Shown here piece after piece: positions 14,238 to 26,547 of a stretch of DNA of 64,000 nucleotides; position 1 is the first letter of the stretch; each line of letters begins with the position of its first letter. Both the position numbers and the translations under genes were made by a program. Source of the stretch: Heterodontus francisci. Its lineage: Eukaryota. The stretch spans positions 40,649,590 to 40,713,589 of the forward strand of contig NC_090373.1 of assembly GCF_036365525.1 (NCBI RefSeq). Reading direction: 5' to 3'. The notes beneath the pieces are model-generated. The model was not told the origin of the DNA, did not search any database, and saw nothing but the letters and a program-made list of their open reading frames with translations.

Positions 14238-14904
14238 GGGATGCATTTTACATGTCTGCTGCCGAAATCGGCGGCAGACGGAAACTATGGGCAGACCGCG
14301 CGTCGCAGAGCCGCCGCGATATTAAATGCGTCAGCTCATTTAAATGGCCAGGGCGGATGTGGATGGGGTGGTCCATCCAGTGCACCCCTGGCAATGGCGT
14401 CAGCAGCTTTTATGCAGGCACTGGCATCACTTTTAAAGGTCTTTGAGCCCTTCAATTTGATTAAAAATTTTTAAGGTAAATGCAATAAAGAAAATTAGAT
14501 CCATTTAAACTGCCCCTCTCCCAACCCCCCCAATAACTGTAAAATTAATTACTTCACCTGTCCCCTCCAAAACACTTCCCCTGCCCACCTGACCTTTCCT
14601 ACCCCCAAGTACATAAACTTTAAACTTTACCCCTTCCTACCATCCCCTACAAACAGATAATTTTGACCACACTCCCTCCTCTGCCGCATAGAGAAACTTA
14701 GCTGCTCCCCCCTCCTCACCAGTGTTCCGCATTGGATCCCTGGACTGGGATCCAAAAGCGCGGGAGTACTAGCCACCAGAAGCAATATCGCTATGGAGCG
14801 GACAGCGGGAACAGGTAAGTAATTAATTCCTTTATTTAAATGAATTTAAATATTGAGATGGGTCTCCTATCACCGAGTGGCAGGGGGTCTGTAAAATTCA
14901 CCCC
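14238..14904. mobile_element. Non-autonomous PIF/Harbinger element (MITE)
   Basis: Termini GGGATGCATTTTAC ... GTAAAATTCACCCC (12/14 inverted match), flanked by TAA on both sides. Related to 50380-51208 in the opposite orientation. Confidence 0.82.
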
Positions 14905-15945
14905 TAACTCTATCAGTGCCTACAATTCCAGAAGGAAAATCACTTTCAATGAAGGATCTGTTGTAAATCCAGAGAAGAACAGGAGAATCGGACTGCATTG
15001 TGAATGACACTCCACAATTGAGTCCTCCCTCTCAGCTCAGGACTGGAATAAGCAGCTTGTGCATTGACTGCATTGCCTGCCAGAACAGAAACAAGGCTTG
15101 CTCTTCTCTAAGCAGAGATAAAGGGATGTCCCAGTCAGATGAACGCTAATGATAAGGGTGAGCGGAGATAACAATGAGGGCGATAAGAATGGTGAACCTG
15201 CCACCAGGCCCAAATCCAATGCCAGTGTGTGACATGGTACATTGCCTACCAATCACCAGCTCATAAAACCCTTCTGTTTCCGCTCATGCACTTAGGCAGT
15301 CCTTGTGGGTTTTATTTTAATTTTTAAAAGTAAATATCCTTTATTATTTCATACGTTGTGCAACATCAGGGACTAGGACAGTCATATTCCAAAAGCAGCC
15401 TCTCCTTTTGAGCTCCCGGAGAGCATGAATGAACTGATCATGACCGTGTCTCTCTAACCAACCTTGGGCCTCATTTTCTACTGCTCCTCACACAGCACTG
15501 GGTTTGTTTGCTTACTGCACCTTGTCTCTTAAAAGATTACCGTTTTAAAGAACTCACCATCCCTGCAGATTAATTACCTTCTAAGTACTCACCTTCTGTC
15601 CATTCCTTGTTTCTCTGTAGCCAACAATTTAATGGGGGCACTATCACATAAAGTGACTGTACCAACACTCAGGCTAATGGATGGCCCCAATCATCACAAC
15701 TAAACTAACAGAAGGTGAAGTGTTGCTATCCCAAATCAATGTCAGTCAAGTCACCATTTGTACACCACACATTCCCATCTCATTATGCATATTTCAACGC
15801 ACTAGTTTGTGTTATTTCTGCATGTATAGCAGGAGGAGGCCATCTCTTTGCACTGCTGCGACTAGGCAGGACAAGCTGGGTTCCTGTGTCCAGATGCAGG
15901 CTGGGGTTAGGTCGGGACTGACAGACAATCAGTAGGACAGGGGTA

Positions 15946-16165
15946 AATAAAAACAAGAAATGTTGGAACCACTCAGCAGGTCTGGCAGCATCTGTGGAAA
16001 GAGAAGCAGAGTTAATGTTTTGGGTCAGTGACCCTTCTTCGGAACTGACCCGAAACGTTAACTCTGCTTCTCTTTCCACAGATGCTGCCAGACCTGCTGA
16101 GTGGTTTCAGCATTTCTTGTTTTTATTTCAGATTTCCAGCATCCGCAGTATTTTGCTTTTATTTT
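15946..16165. mobile_element. Miniature inverted Penelope-like insertion (two outward-facing pLTR 3' ends)
   Basis: A minus arm (15946-16049) and a plus arm (16044-16165) of the PLE 3' end, joined at a shared ACTGAC. 15-bp TSD AGTAGGACAGGGGTA at 15931-15945 and 16166-16180. Confidence 0.93.
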
Positions 16166-16180
16166 AGTAGGACAGGGGTA

Positions 16181-17000
16181 GATCTCTCTAACCAATCATT
16201 GAGCCACACATTTAATTATCTCATTTTATTTACCCTACATCAATTTGCTCATGGCTCAGGAAATAACCCAGAGATTATTACATTTGAGGTTCTGCTTTTT
16301 TAATTTAGCCCTTAGCTGCTCATACTCCCTATGCAGAACTGCTTTCCTAGTCCTATCTATATCGTTTGTACCCACGTGGACCACAAAAACCAGATCCTCC
16401 CTCTTCCACGGCAAGGTCCTCTCCAGCCCTAAGCAGATATCCCGAAACCTGGCACTGGGCAGGCAACTCAGCCTTCTAGACTCTCACTCTTGACCACAGG
16501 GAACTGTGTCTAGCCCCCTGACTATACTGTCCCCTATTACCACTACGTTCTTATTAACTCCCCCCACTTGCATGACTTCCTCTATCACGGTGCCATAGTC
16601 AGTTTGCTCATCCACTCTATGGCCTTCGCTCTCATCCATACAAGCTGGAAGAAACTCAGACCTGTTGAACAATTGCAAGAGCTGAGGCTCCTCCACTTCT
16701 GCCTTCTCGATCCCCTTAGCTGCCTCGCTCAATCACACCCTCCTGCCCCTGACTACTGACTAGATCAGAAGACCCTATCCTAAGAGGTGTGACTGCCTTC
16801 TGGAACAAAGTGTCCGGGTAACGTTCCCCTCTCCCTGATGCATCACAGTGTCTGTAGCTCTGTCTCCAGCTCAGTGACTTTGAGCCGAAGCTCCTCGAGT
16901 TGGATAATTACTGCAGATGTATTTGCTGTGGATCTCACTGCCGTCCATCAGCTCCTACATAGTGCAGCAGCAACACATCACCTGCCCTGTCATCCTTATT
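16181..17000 (-). mobile_element. CR1 ORF1 (SGNH esterase) remnant
   Basis: VVVIGDSIVRGLD...CLPSAR...VVHVGTNDI...IISGL motifs typical of the CR1 ORF1 esterase. Confidence 0.82.
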
Positions 17001-17349
17001 ATGTGTTAATTCATTTTTCTTAATTAATTTATAATTAATAAACCCTACTACAACTAAGCTTCACTGCTAATAACCTTCACTACTGTTGGTAAACCTTAAT
17101 ACTACGAATAAAACCTTACTAATGAATTTCCTGAGAAAATTCTTATTATTATTCCAATTAATGTTATACTAACCCCAATTTAAATTCTTTACTTTAGATA
17201 AGAGGGAAAAAAAGGAGAAAAAATGTTCACCAGCCAATCACTTAGCTTCGCTGATGGAACGTTCCCACCTTGACATTCTGACTACGTCTCACTCCATTAA
17301 AGTCTTCTCTCCGTGTGCCCCTTACTCCCAGTACCAATCCTTAACATTA

Positions 17350-17760
17350 CGTAAGAAATAGAAGCAGGAGTAGACCACTCAGCTTGTCGATCCTGCTCTG
17401 CCATTCAGTACGATCATGTCTGATCTGCTTCAAGTTCACTTTCCCGCCCGATCCCCATATCCCTTGGTTCCCTGAAACCAAAATCTGTCCCTCTCAGCCT
17501 TAAATATATTCAATGATGCAGCATCCACAATCCTCTGGGGTACAGAATTCCAAAGATTCAAAGCCCTTTGAATGAAGGAATTTCTGCTCTGATTAGCCCC
17601 TTATCCTGAGACTGTGCCTCTGTGTTTTAGATTCTCCAGTCAGGGGAACCAAGCTCTCAGTGTCTACCCTGTCAAGCCCCTTCAGAATCTTGTATGTTTC
17701 AATATGATCACCTCTCATTCTTCTAAACTCCAGAGAGTATAAACCCAATTTACTCAGTCT
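17350..17760 (-). mobile_element. CR1 3' fragment
   Basis: Reverse complement of the CR1 C-terminus and 3'UTR (AGCAGGAGTAGACCACTCAGC...ATCATGxCTGATC). Confidence 0.8.
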
Positions 17761-19625
17761 GTGGGCTCTGCCAGTAGATCAGCTCTCACCGCTCCTCTAA
17801 ACATCGCCCTCCAGAGTGTCCATTCACTTGTGAACAAGCCCCATGCCATCCATAAACTTATTGTGGCTGATTGGTTGAGGAGCATCTTGCCACTTAATGA
17901 AACATCCCCGCCTAGCTACATCTTCCACCACTTGTCCCGCCCACACTGTCGTGGTGGCGGTGTGGCACTTATCACCAAATCACATCTGACCCCCTGCTCC
18001 TCTGGCATTTTCTCCTTATTCAAGCATCTCACCTTGTTCCACTCCTCATACCTCTTTTTCAAAATCATCATTCCCTACCGCCCTCCCAAATATGATAAAA
18101 ATTTTCTCACCGAGATATCGTCACTGCTTTCCTCCCTCATCCTCTGCGCCAAGCAAATTCTCATCCTCGGTGATTTCAATGTCCATCACATAGAAACATA
18201 GAAAATAGGAGCAGGAGTAGCCCATTCAGCCCTTCGAGCCTGCTCTGCCATTCATTATGATCATGGCTGATCATCCAACTCAGTAACATGTTCCCGCTTT
18301 CCCCCCATATCCTTTGATCCCTTTCGTCCTAACAGCTATATCTAATACCTTCTTGAAAATATATAATGTTTTGCCTCAACTGCTTTCTGTGGTAGCGAAT
18401 TCCACAGGCTCACCACTCTCTCGGTGAAGTAATTTCTCCTCATCTCAGTCCTGAAAGGCTACCTTGTATCCTTAGTCTATGACCCCTGGTTCTGGACTCC
18501 CCCACCATCGGGAACATCCTTCCTGCATCTACCCTGTCAAGTCCTGTTAGAATTTTATAGGTTTCTATGAGATTTCCCCCTCACTCTTCTGAACTCCAGC
18601 GAATATAATCCTAACTGTCTCAATCTCTCCTCATAGGTCAGTCCCGCCATCCCAGGAATCAGTCTGCACTCTCTCTATAGCAAGAACATCCTTCCTCAGA
18701 TAAGGAGACCAAAACTGCACACAATATTCCAGGTGTGGCCTCACCGAGGCCCTGTATAATTGCAGCAAGACACCCCTGCTCCTGTACTCGAATCCTCTCG
18801 GTATGAAGGCCAACATGCCATTTGCCTTTTTTACTGCCTGTTGCACCTGCATGCTTAACTTCAGCGACTGGTGTACGAGAACACCCAGGTCTCACTGCAT
18901 ATTCCCCCCTCTCAGTTTATAGCCGTTCAGATAATAATCTGCCTTCCTGTTTTTGCTACCAAAGTGGATAACCCCAAATTTATCCACATTATACTTCATC
19001 TGCCATGCATTTGCCCACTCATTCAACTTGTCCAAATCACCCTGAAGCCTCTCTGCATCCTCCTCACAACTCACCCTCCCACCCAGTTTTGTGTCATCTG
19101 CAAATTTGGAGATATTACATTTAGTTCTCAACTCATCATGTTCTCTCTCTTCTGAGTTCACTGCCTTTTATCCTCCCTGAATCTGTGCTTGCATGTATAC
19201 TATCCAACTCCTCTTCACAGCCACCCCTCGACCTTGCCATCTCATGTGGTCTTGCTAGCCTCAGCGTATCAGTTACAGATAAGGCCATCTCTGATCACTT
19301 CCTTGTATCACTCACTACCCATATCCCCCTACCACACCCCGACTCTACCTCATTCTGTATCTGTCCCCAGAAAAATACTATCCCCCTATTCACTTACAAC
19401 TGCTCTTTCAAAATCTCAACTCACTAGCCTTCGGCCCTCCATTCGTCACAACATTTATGCCACTTAAAACACTATCGGGTTCTACTCTCATCTGCTAAAA
19501 CTATTCCAGGATCATCTTGGAATGCAAAGATAATACCCAGCTTTTCTCTACTGCAAACCGTCATCTTAAACCCCACTTCCCTGTCCCCTCCACCCTCACC
19601 TCCAACAATAAGTACAAGGAGCTCA
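17761..19625 (+). mobile_element. L2-type LINE ORF2 APE-endonuclease remnant, split by a nested CR1
   Basis: RGGGVALITK, YRPPK and ILGDFNVH (to 18188). It resumes after 19126 with LDLAISCG...ISDHFLV (APE catalytic motifs). Confidence 0.8.
18189..19126 (-). mobile_element. CR1 LINE 3' region (RT C-terminus to tail), nested in L2
   Basis: ISKFADDTKLGG, WQMKYNVDK and VRPHLEYCVQFWSPYLRKD motifs, with a (CATAGAAA)n tail at 18189. Confidence 0.92.
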
Positions 19626-19710
19626 TACAATCATACAAACATACGAATTAGCAGGAGTAGGCCACTCAGCCCCTCGAGCCTGCTCTACCATTTAACAAGA
19701 TCATGGCTGA

Positions 19711-20395
19711 TGTTACGAAAATGCCTCTATGTTTTGTTAAATATATTTTTTGAGGATTCATTTTTAAACGATTGAAGAAATGTTAAACTTTGGGGTTTTC
19801 AAAGAGGGTCATTTGACTTTGATTTGATTTTGAAAAACTGTCCCTGGAAATGTTTTTTTAAAAGAGTCACTGAGAGGTCTTGTGAGGAAAGCAAGGCTTT
19901 CCGGGAAACCACTTGACTTCCAGCTCAATAAACAACAGAGAACTTTGGACACCTAGAGAAGGTGTTTACGAAGCAGTGACAGGTCAAGATTGATGAAGGT
20001 CAAAAGGTCGACCTCCTGTTGTCGGTTTCGCTTTTGAATTGTTTTGAGTTGGTGTTGAACTGTATAAAAAGGAAGAGAACTTCCAAGGAGAGAAGAGAAT
20101 TCCCAAGGAAGGAGAGAAGACCACAACACAGCTCAGTTTTCCAACACCTCTCCAAAAGACCATGAGAAGTCCACTGTGTCAACTCATCTCGTCTCCTGTC
20201 TTTGAAGAAAAGCCTGAAAAATTAATTCTCAATGTTGCCTGAAAAGAACTGTTATAAAACATCCCAGTGACCCATCTACGTGTATTCGGAGGCCAGACTG
20301 AATGCCAGTTTTGGAACACAACATATCTCATCTGCAGTTTCTTCAAGAATGAGCAAGCGTCGTCAGCATTCTTGTGAAAAGTAATGCGGTGCTGT
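19711..20395. mobile_element. Possible LTR fragment inserted into a CR1 3'UTR
   Basis: A CR1 tail (19625-19710) breaks abruptly at TGTTACG, a typical LTR start, and a TATAAAA box lies at ~20063. No partner LTR or TSD is seen. Confidence 0.4.
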
Positions 20396-20419
20396 CAGAT
20401 GATGTCACTGAGGGGGACA

Positions 20420-22085
20420 TCAATAAATTGGTTAAACATGATTTCCCTTTCACAAAACCATGTTGACTTTGCCTGATTACCTTGAATTTTTCTAAGTGCC
20501 CTGTTATAACGTCTTTAATAATAGCTTCTAACTTTTTCCCTAAGACAGATGTTAAGCTAATTGGCCTGTAGTTTCCTGCTTTCTGTCTCCCTCCCATTTT
20601 GAATAAAGGAGTTACATTCACTATTTTCTAATATAATGTAACTTTCCCTGAATCTAGGGAACTTTGGAAAATTAAAACCAATGCATCAACTAACCTCACT
20701 AGCCACTTCTTTTAGGACCCTAGGATAAAGTCCATCAGGACCCGAAGACTTGTCAGCCCACAGTTTCAACAATTTGCTCAGTACCACTTCCCTGGTGATT
20801 GTAATTTTCTTGAATTCCTCCCTCCCTTCCATTTCCCGATTTACATCTATTTCTGGGATGTTTCTTGTAACCTCTATAGTGAAGACCATTGCAACATGTC
20901 TGTTCAATTCATCTGCCATCTCCTTATTTTCCATTATTAATTCCCCACTCACTTTCTATAGGACCAATGCTCACTTTGTTAACTCTTCTTTTTTTAAATA
21001 TCTATGGAAACTCTTACTGTTTTTTTATATTTCTAGCTCGCTTTCTCTCATACTAATTTTTCCCTCATTAATCTTTTAGTCATTTTTTGCTGATTTTTAT
21101 ATTCTGTCCAAACTTCTGACCTGCTTCCCATCTTTGTGCAATTATATGCATTTTCTTTACTTTTGATATTATCTTTAATCTTTTAGTTAACCATAGATGG
21201 TGGGTCCTCCCCTTGGAATTTATTTTTCTTGTTGGAATGTATCTATTCTGTGTTGTGACGGAAACCACGCCTGCCAAATGGAAACATATTAATTTTGTCA
21301 TATGGAACACTATTTGAACTTTTACCAGACATTGAACATAACTTGTTTAAAAAGACCACAAAGCTGAATGACTGAAAACATGGCTGCATATTTGCATTCT
21401 GAGAGACAGTTGAATAGAGAGACAATGGGAGTGCTCCCTGATTCAGTTAGGTTTTGTCAATAGTGATGATCAAAAGACACTGAGAGTCATTGTCTGTGTA
21501 AAAACCAGCACTCTGCTTTCATGCCCTCATAATTGCCCTTATTTAAGTTTAAAATAGTAGTCTTAGACCACTCTTCTTTCCCTCAAACTGAATGTAAAAT
21601 GCAATCATATTATGATTCCTGCTGCCTAGGGGCACCTCCACTATGAGGTCATTAATTAATCCTATCTCATTGCACAATACCAGGTCTAGTACAGCCTGCT
21701 CTCTGGTTGGCTCCAGAACATGCTGTTCTAAGAAACTATCCTGAAAACATTCTATGAATTCTTCATCTAGGCCACCTTTGCCCATCTGATTTTTCCAGTG
21801 TATATGCAGATTAAAATCCCCCATGATTATGGCCGTATCTTTCTGACAAGCTCCCATTATTTCTTCCTTTATACCTTGTCCTACCATGTGATTACTGTAG
21901 GGGTTCTGTACACCACTCCCACAAGTGACTTCTTGCCTTTAGCATTTCTCATCTCTATCCAAACCGCTTCTACATCCTGGTTTCCTGAACTTAGGTCATC
22001 CTTCTCTATTGCGCTGATACCATCATTAATTAACAAAGCCACCTCTCCACCTTTTTCTAGCTTCCTGCCCTTCCTAAATATCATG
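20420..22085 (-). mobile_element. CR1 ORF2 (APE endonuclease to RT start), with a foreign insert at ~21254-21520
   Basis: GGEVALLI, VGVVYRTP, IMGDFN, LDLVLCNE, GPDGLYPRVLKE, NYRPISLTSV and QHGFVKGKSCLTNL motifs. Confidence 0.9.
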
Positions 22086-22259
22086 TTACTCCACTCCCCG
22101 GGCTTTATTTATACATGCTCCGCTGCTCCCGACTGTCTCCCGCAGGTCCACTCCGCCTAGTAGGTAGGTTGGGCCACACTCCAATCCCCAGGCTTTATTT
22201 ATAGGTGCTCTGCTGCTCCCAACTGTATCCTGCAGATCCAATCCAACTCCCAGGTAGGT

Positions 22260-22530
22260 TAGGCTACTCTATGCATGTCTGGCTTCCCCCTAAATGCATC
22301 TATACTATTGACTTCAACTGCTCTCTGTGGTAGCGAGTTCCACATTACCACTCTCTGGATAAAGAAATTTCTTCTGAATTCCCTATTGAATTTCTTGGTG
22401 ACTATTTTATATTGATGACCTCTAGTTATGCTCTTCCCCACGAGTGGAAGCATTCTTTCTGTATCCACTCCATCAAAACCTTTGATAATTTTATAGACGT
22501 CTATTAGGTCACTTCTCAGCCTTCTTTGCA
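22260..22530 (-). mobile_element. CR1 3' fragment
   Basis: RRLRSDLIDVYKII...TRGHQYK...FFIQRVVMWNSLP. Confidence 0.85.
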
Positions 22531-22534
22531 ACCA

Positions 22535-23640
22535 TCAGCGAACATCCTCACTTCTGACCTTATGATGGAGGGAAACAACTGGGCCTAGGACATTGCTCTT
22601 GCAGTGATGTCCTGGAGCTGAGATGATTGGCCTCCAACAACCACAACCACCTTCCTTTGTGCGAGGTATGACTCCAACCAGTAGAGAGTTTTCCCCCCAA
22701 TTCCCATTGACTTCAATTTTACTAGGACTCCTTGATGCCATACTCTGTTAAATGCTGCCTTGATCTCGAGGGCAGTCACTCTCACCTCATCTCTGGAATT
22801 CAGCTGTTTTGTTGATGTTTGGACCAAGACTGTAATGAGGTCTGGAGCCAAGTGACCCTGGTGAAATCCATCAGTAAATAGGTTATTGATGAGTAAGCGT
22901 CACTTGAAAGCACTGTCGATGACATTTTCCATCGCTTTGCTGATGATTGGAAATTGATTGATGGGGTGGTAATTGGCCAGATTGGATTTGTCCTGCTTTA
23001 TAGGGACACAAGATACCTAGGCAATCGCCAGGTAGAGGCCAGTGCTGTAGCTGTACTGAAACAGTTTGGCTAGTGGCGCGGCTAGTTCTGGAGCACAGGT
23101 CTTCAGTACTACAGCTGGAATGTTGTCGGAGCCCATAGCCTTTACTGTATCCAGTGCCTTCAGATGTTTCTTGATATTATGTGGAGTGAATTGAATTGGC
23201 TGAAGCCTGGCGTCTGTGATGCTGGGGACTTCAAGAAGAGGCCGAGGTGGATCATCCATTTGGCACTTCTGGCTAAAGGTGGTTGCAAATGTTTCAGCCT
23301 TGTCTTTTGCACTGATGTGCTGGGCTCCACCATCATTCAGGATAGGCATGTTCGTGAAGCCTCATTTTCCAGCTAGTTGTTTAATTGTCCACCACCATTC
23401 ACGACTGGATGTGGCAGGACTGCAGAGCTTTGATCTGATCCATTGGTTCTGGGATTGCTTAGCTTTGTCCATTGCAAGCTGCTTCTGCTGTTTGGCATGC
23501 TAGTAGTCCTGTGTTGTAGCTTCACCAGGTTGGCACCTCATTTTTATTTATGCCTGGTGCTGCTCCTGGCATGCTTTCCTACACTCCTCATTGAACAAGG
23601 GATAGTTGCTTGGCTTTATGGTAATGGCAGAGTGAGGGAT
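22535..23640 (-). mobile_element. Non-LTR retrotransposon RT fragment (CR1-group, same family as 48960-49485)
   Basis: KAMGSDNIPAVVLKTCAPELAAPLAKLFQYSY and ALEIKAAFNRVWHQG...WLESYL RT-region motifs. Confidence 0.8.
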
Positions 23641-23839
23641 AGGCCGCTTATACATTGATAAAACCTTTTGAATTTGTACTCTGTTTCCCGACAAATTCAA
23701 CCTAGTAAATTATTTGCCTTCTACTATAATCTAGTACTGGATTGACACCTTTGTATATCTGTCCATGATCATCTCAAGATGTTTTTCTGATCAGCATGTT
23801 GTATGACTATTCTACTTAAAATCTGTCAGGAGTCATCTT

Positions 23840-24145
23840 GATCACTCTCTCCCCCTTCCTCTCTGTGTCCCCCCATTTTTGTGTGTGCCCTCTCTGTGTT
23901 CCCCCCTCTCTGTGTTATCCCCCTTTATGTATTGTTATCCCCTCTCTGTATTGTTCCTCCCCCTCTCTGTATTGTTCCCCCCCCCTTCTGTGTTGTCCCT
24001 CTCTGTGTTTTTCACCCCATTCTGTGTTGTTCCCCTTCTCTGTGTCATTCCTACTCTCTCATCCCCCTCTCTCTCTGTCTACACCCTCTCTCTGTCCCCT
24101 CCCTCACTCTCCGCCCCCCACCTCACTCTCTCTCTCTCTCTTTCT
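23840..24145. repeat. CT-rich low-complexity / degenerate tandem repeat
   Basis: Recurrent CCCCTCTCTGTGTT-like units ending in (CT)n. Confidence 0.75.
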
Positions 24146-24161
24146 GACTGTTGCTGAAATT

Positions 24162-24278
24162 GGGACAGCAGTTTCTGAATTTTGAACAGATTCGGGGTTT
24201 TCCAGCAGGATTTTAAAAGAAAATCCCATCCCACCAGAAAACCCCGAATCTACCTGAAGTTCAGAAACTGCTGCTCCC
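24162..24278. repeat. Short imperfect palindrome (MITE-like hairpin)
   Basis: CAGCAGTTTCTGAA..AGATTCGGGGTTTT pairs with AAAACCCCGAATCT..TTCAGAAACTGCTG. Confidence 0.7.
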
Positions 24279-24599
24279 ACTCTCAGGACCTGTTACCTGT
24301 CAGCTGCCAGCTCTGAAACTGACACTTGCATTTTTTTTTAAAAGTCGGACTGGTCTGAAAGAAGCAGTCAATGGGAAATTTCTCGTCCCTGAAATTACCA
24401 ATCATGGAGCTCAAAATCCTTTACCACAGTCACTGGTGTCCATGTATGGACATGTTGCCGACCCCTGCTCATAGTTCTCTGCTTTCCTACATGACAGCAG
24501 TGACTACACTCAAAAGTACTTCATTGGGTGTAAAGTGCTTTGAGACATCCAATGGTCATGAATGATGCTATCTAAATGAAAGTCTTTCTTTTATTTCTC

Positions 24600-25389
24600 T
24601 CCTTATGGGAGGAAAGAGCACCCAACCTCATGGAGAGGCTGTGAGGCCAGGATAGGGAGGTGGTTAGCCCTCCGGTAAAAGCTAAGTTGTAGTCCACTGG
24701 AAAGAAGGTCTTGATCCAGGAAGCTGCAGATGTCAGCAATGCCCTGCAGTGAAATCCTGAGCCTCCTGAGGCACTGGTGCTCACACATGTCGAGAGACCT
24801 GCTCCTCTGCCTGTAAACTCTGTTGCAGCTCCTCTTATTCCTCATCAAAGGTGCAAGGTAGAGCTGCATAAGCTGCTCCCATGCTGTAGTGAAGACTGAC
24901 AGTAGGGAAGTGCAGTTCAAGATGAGTGAAGTACAAGACAGGTGAACTGACTTCCAAGAAGTTGGCAATCACCAGTCAAGCAGCGAGAGTACACTCTCCA
25001 AAGAAGGGCTGTGAGTAGCAGCCTCTCACCTGGGCGAGTCAGCAGCTCTACAGTTTCATTGCTCAAAGCCTTCCCAACCTATCAGTTTCACTGAAGATGC
25101 ACTCCCCGCTGTGCACTCGCCTGGTTGACCCCAGTGAGTTGCTGACAGTTTGGTCAATCGGTGTGCTGACTGTTAAAGCCAGAATGGTTGGCTATAACAC
25201 CAGTTAATGACCTACTTGCATATGTCAATCACTCACCCAACAACTCCAAAGGGGTTCCCCACTCACCTGCAAGCCCAATCTGGAAGAGGGCAGAATAATG
25301 TTGGGATCCTTACCCGACGTCACTTTTAGGGAATTTAACTTTCCATACGTACCTGAACCCTTCTTCCCTTGGCAGTTAAGATTCTGCCC
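24600..25389 (-). mobile_element. Harbinger transposon remnant (terminus plus transposase N-terminus)
   Basis: MCEHQCLRRLRISLQGIADICSFL is homologous to the other Harbinger copies. Terminus-like TTAAGATTCTGCCC at ~25376-25389. Confidence 0.7.
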
Positions 25390-26547
25390 ATATTCCTTTG
25401 ATGGAACCCATATAGACTTTTTCCCCACTATGTCTACTGAATAACCTGTACAAGGAACAGAACAAGTGCTGTGAAGAATGAAATCTCCTTGTTTTTTGTT
25501 GTCTTCTTTGATGAGAAATAAGACACAGATAAAGTGAATGAATAGGAGATGAATATGGCAACTAATTAAGTACTTTTCCATGACAGGCCTGAAATAGGAA
25601 AGGTTACTTTCTGAAGGTTTTTCCATTCCCTCACTCTATTTAAACTCTAGGTTTCATGTCGGTTTCACCTTGCTTTTGAGTTACTGACCATGACTGGCTT
25701 TATACCTGCATGTTTTCGAAAAGCAAATTGTACATATTGCTGCTTCTAAATTTATTTCTTATGGCCTTTCAACTTTCCATTTTCCAATTCAATAAAATTG
25801 TCAGACAACTGGAAAATGTCATTATCATTTTAAAACACACTTAGTTAAAGTAAATGATGTAATCACATTTAGCCCGTGAATTTGAAACACATTAATTTCC
25901 TGATTAACAATTCAAACTCATGGGCTTCTTTCAAGAATCATACAAGGTTACAAATGCTTAGACCATTCAATTATCACTTTTAAACAGCCTGTACTAATTT
26001 AAATTTGTAATGTACTCAGTTTATTTACTTAGTTTGATTTCCTATCTTATCTGTGGCAGGTAGTCTGAAAATGTAAAATCCATGCTATCCAATGCAGTGC
26101 AAGGAAGCATCATGCTGAAAGGTTACCTTGCCTTCAAAGCTGAAATTTTCTCTTGTTCTTTTTGGGTCATAAAATACCACAAAATATTGAGCAATTTCCT
26201 GGCAGGGAGGGAAGAACGTGTACTGCCCCTTGGGTCCAAACTTTCACTTTAATGAAAAAATGGAGGAATGTTTCTCTCCATGACGAATGACTCATGAACA
26301 AAAATAGAGAGAATTTGATTTCTGATAATGTGATTTCTATTGTAATTTCTTAATTATGCACAAAAAACAAACATGCTTTTTTTCTCGGTAAAAGAAGAAA
26401 ACTTGGCTCCCAACCTGTCTGTGCTGCTGATCTGTAATGAACTATTTGAAGATAATTGAGTTCATCTCTGATTTCCTTTACCTCCTGTTTAGGGACCCGC
26501 CTTTCTAGCGCTTGGTGCCTCCCAGCTGATTGTCTCATCACAACATT

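Noticed and set aside
22088-22260. ~88-bp imperfect tandem duplication
   Set aside because: Two diverged units between LINE fragments, with no further structure or functional clue.
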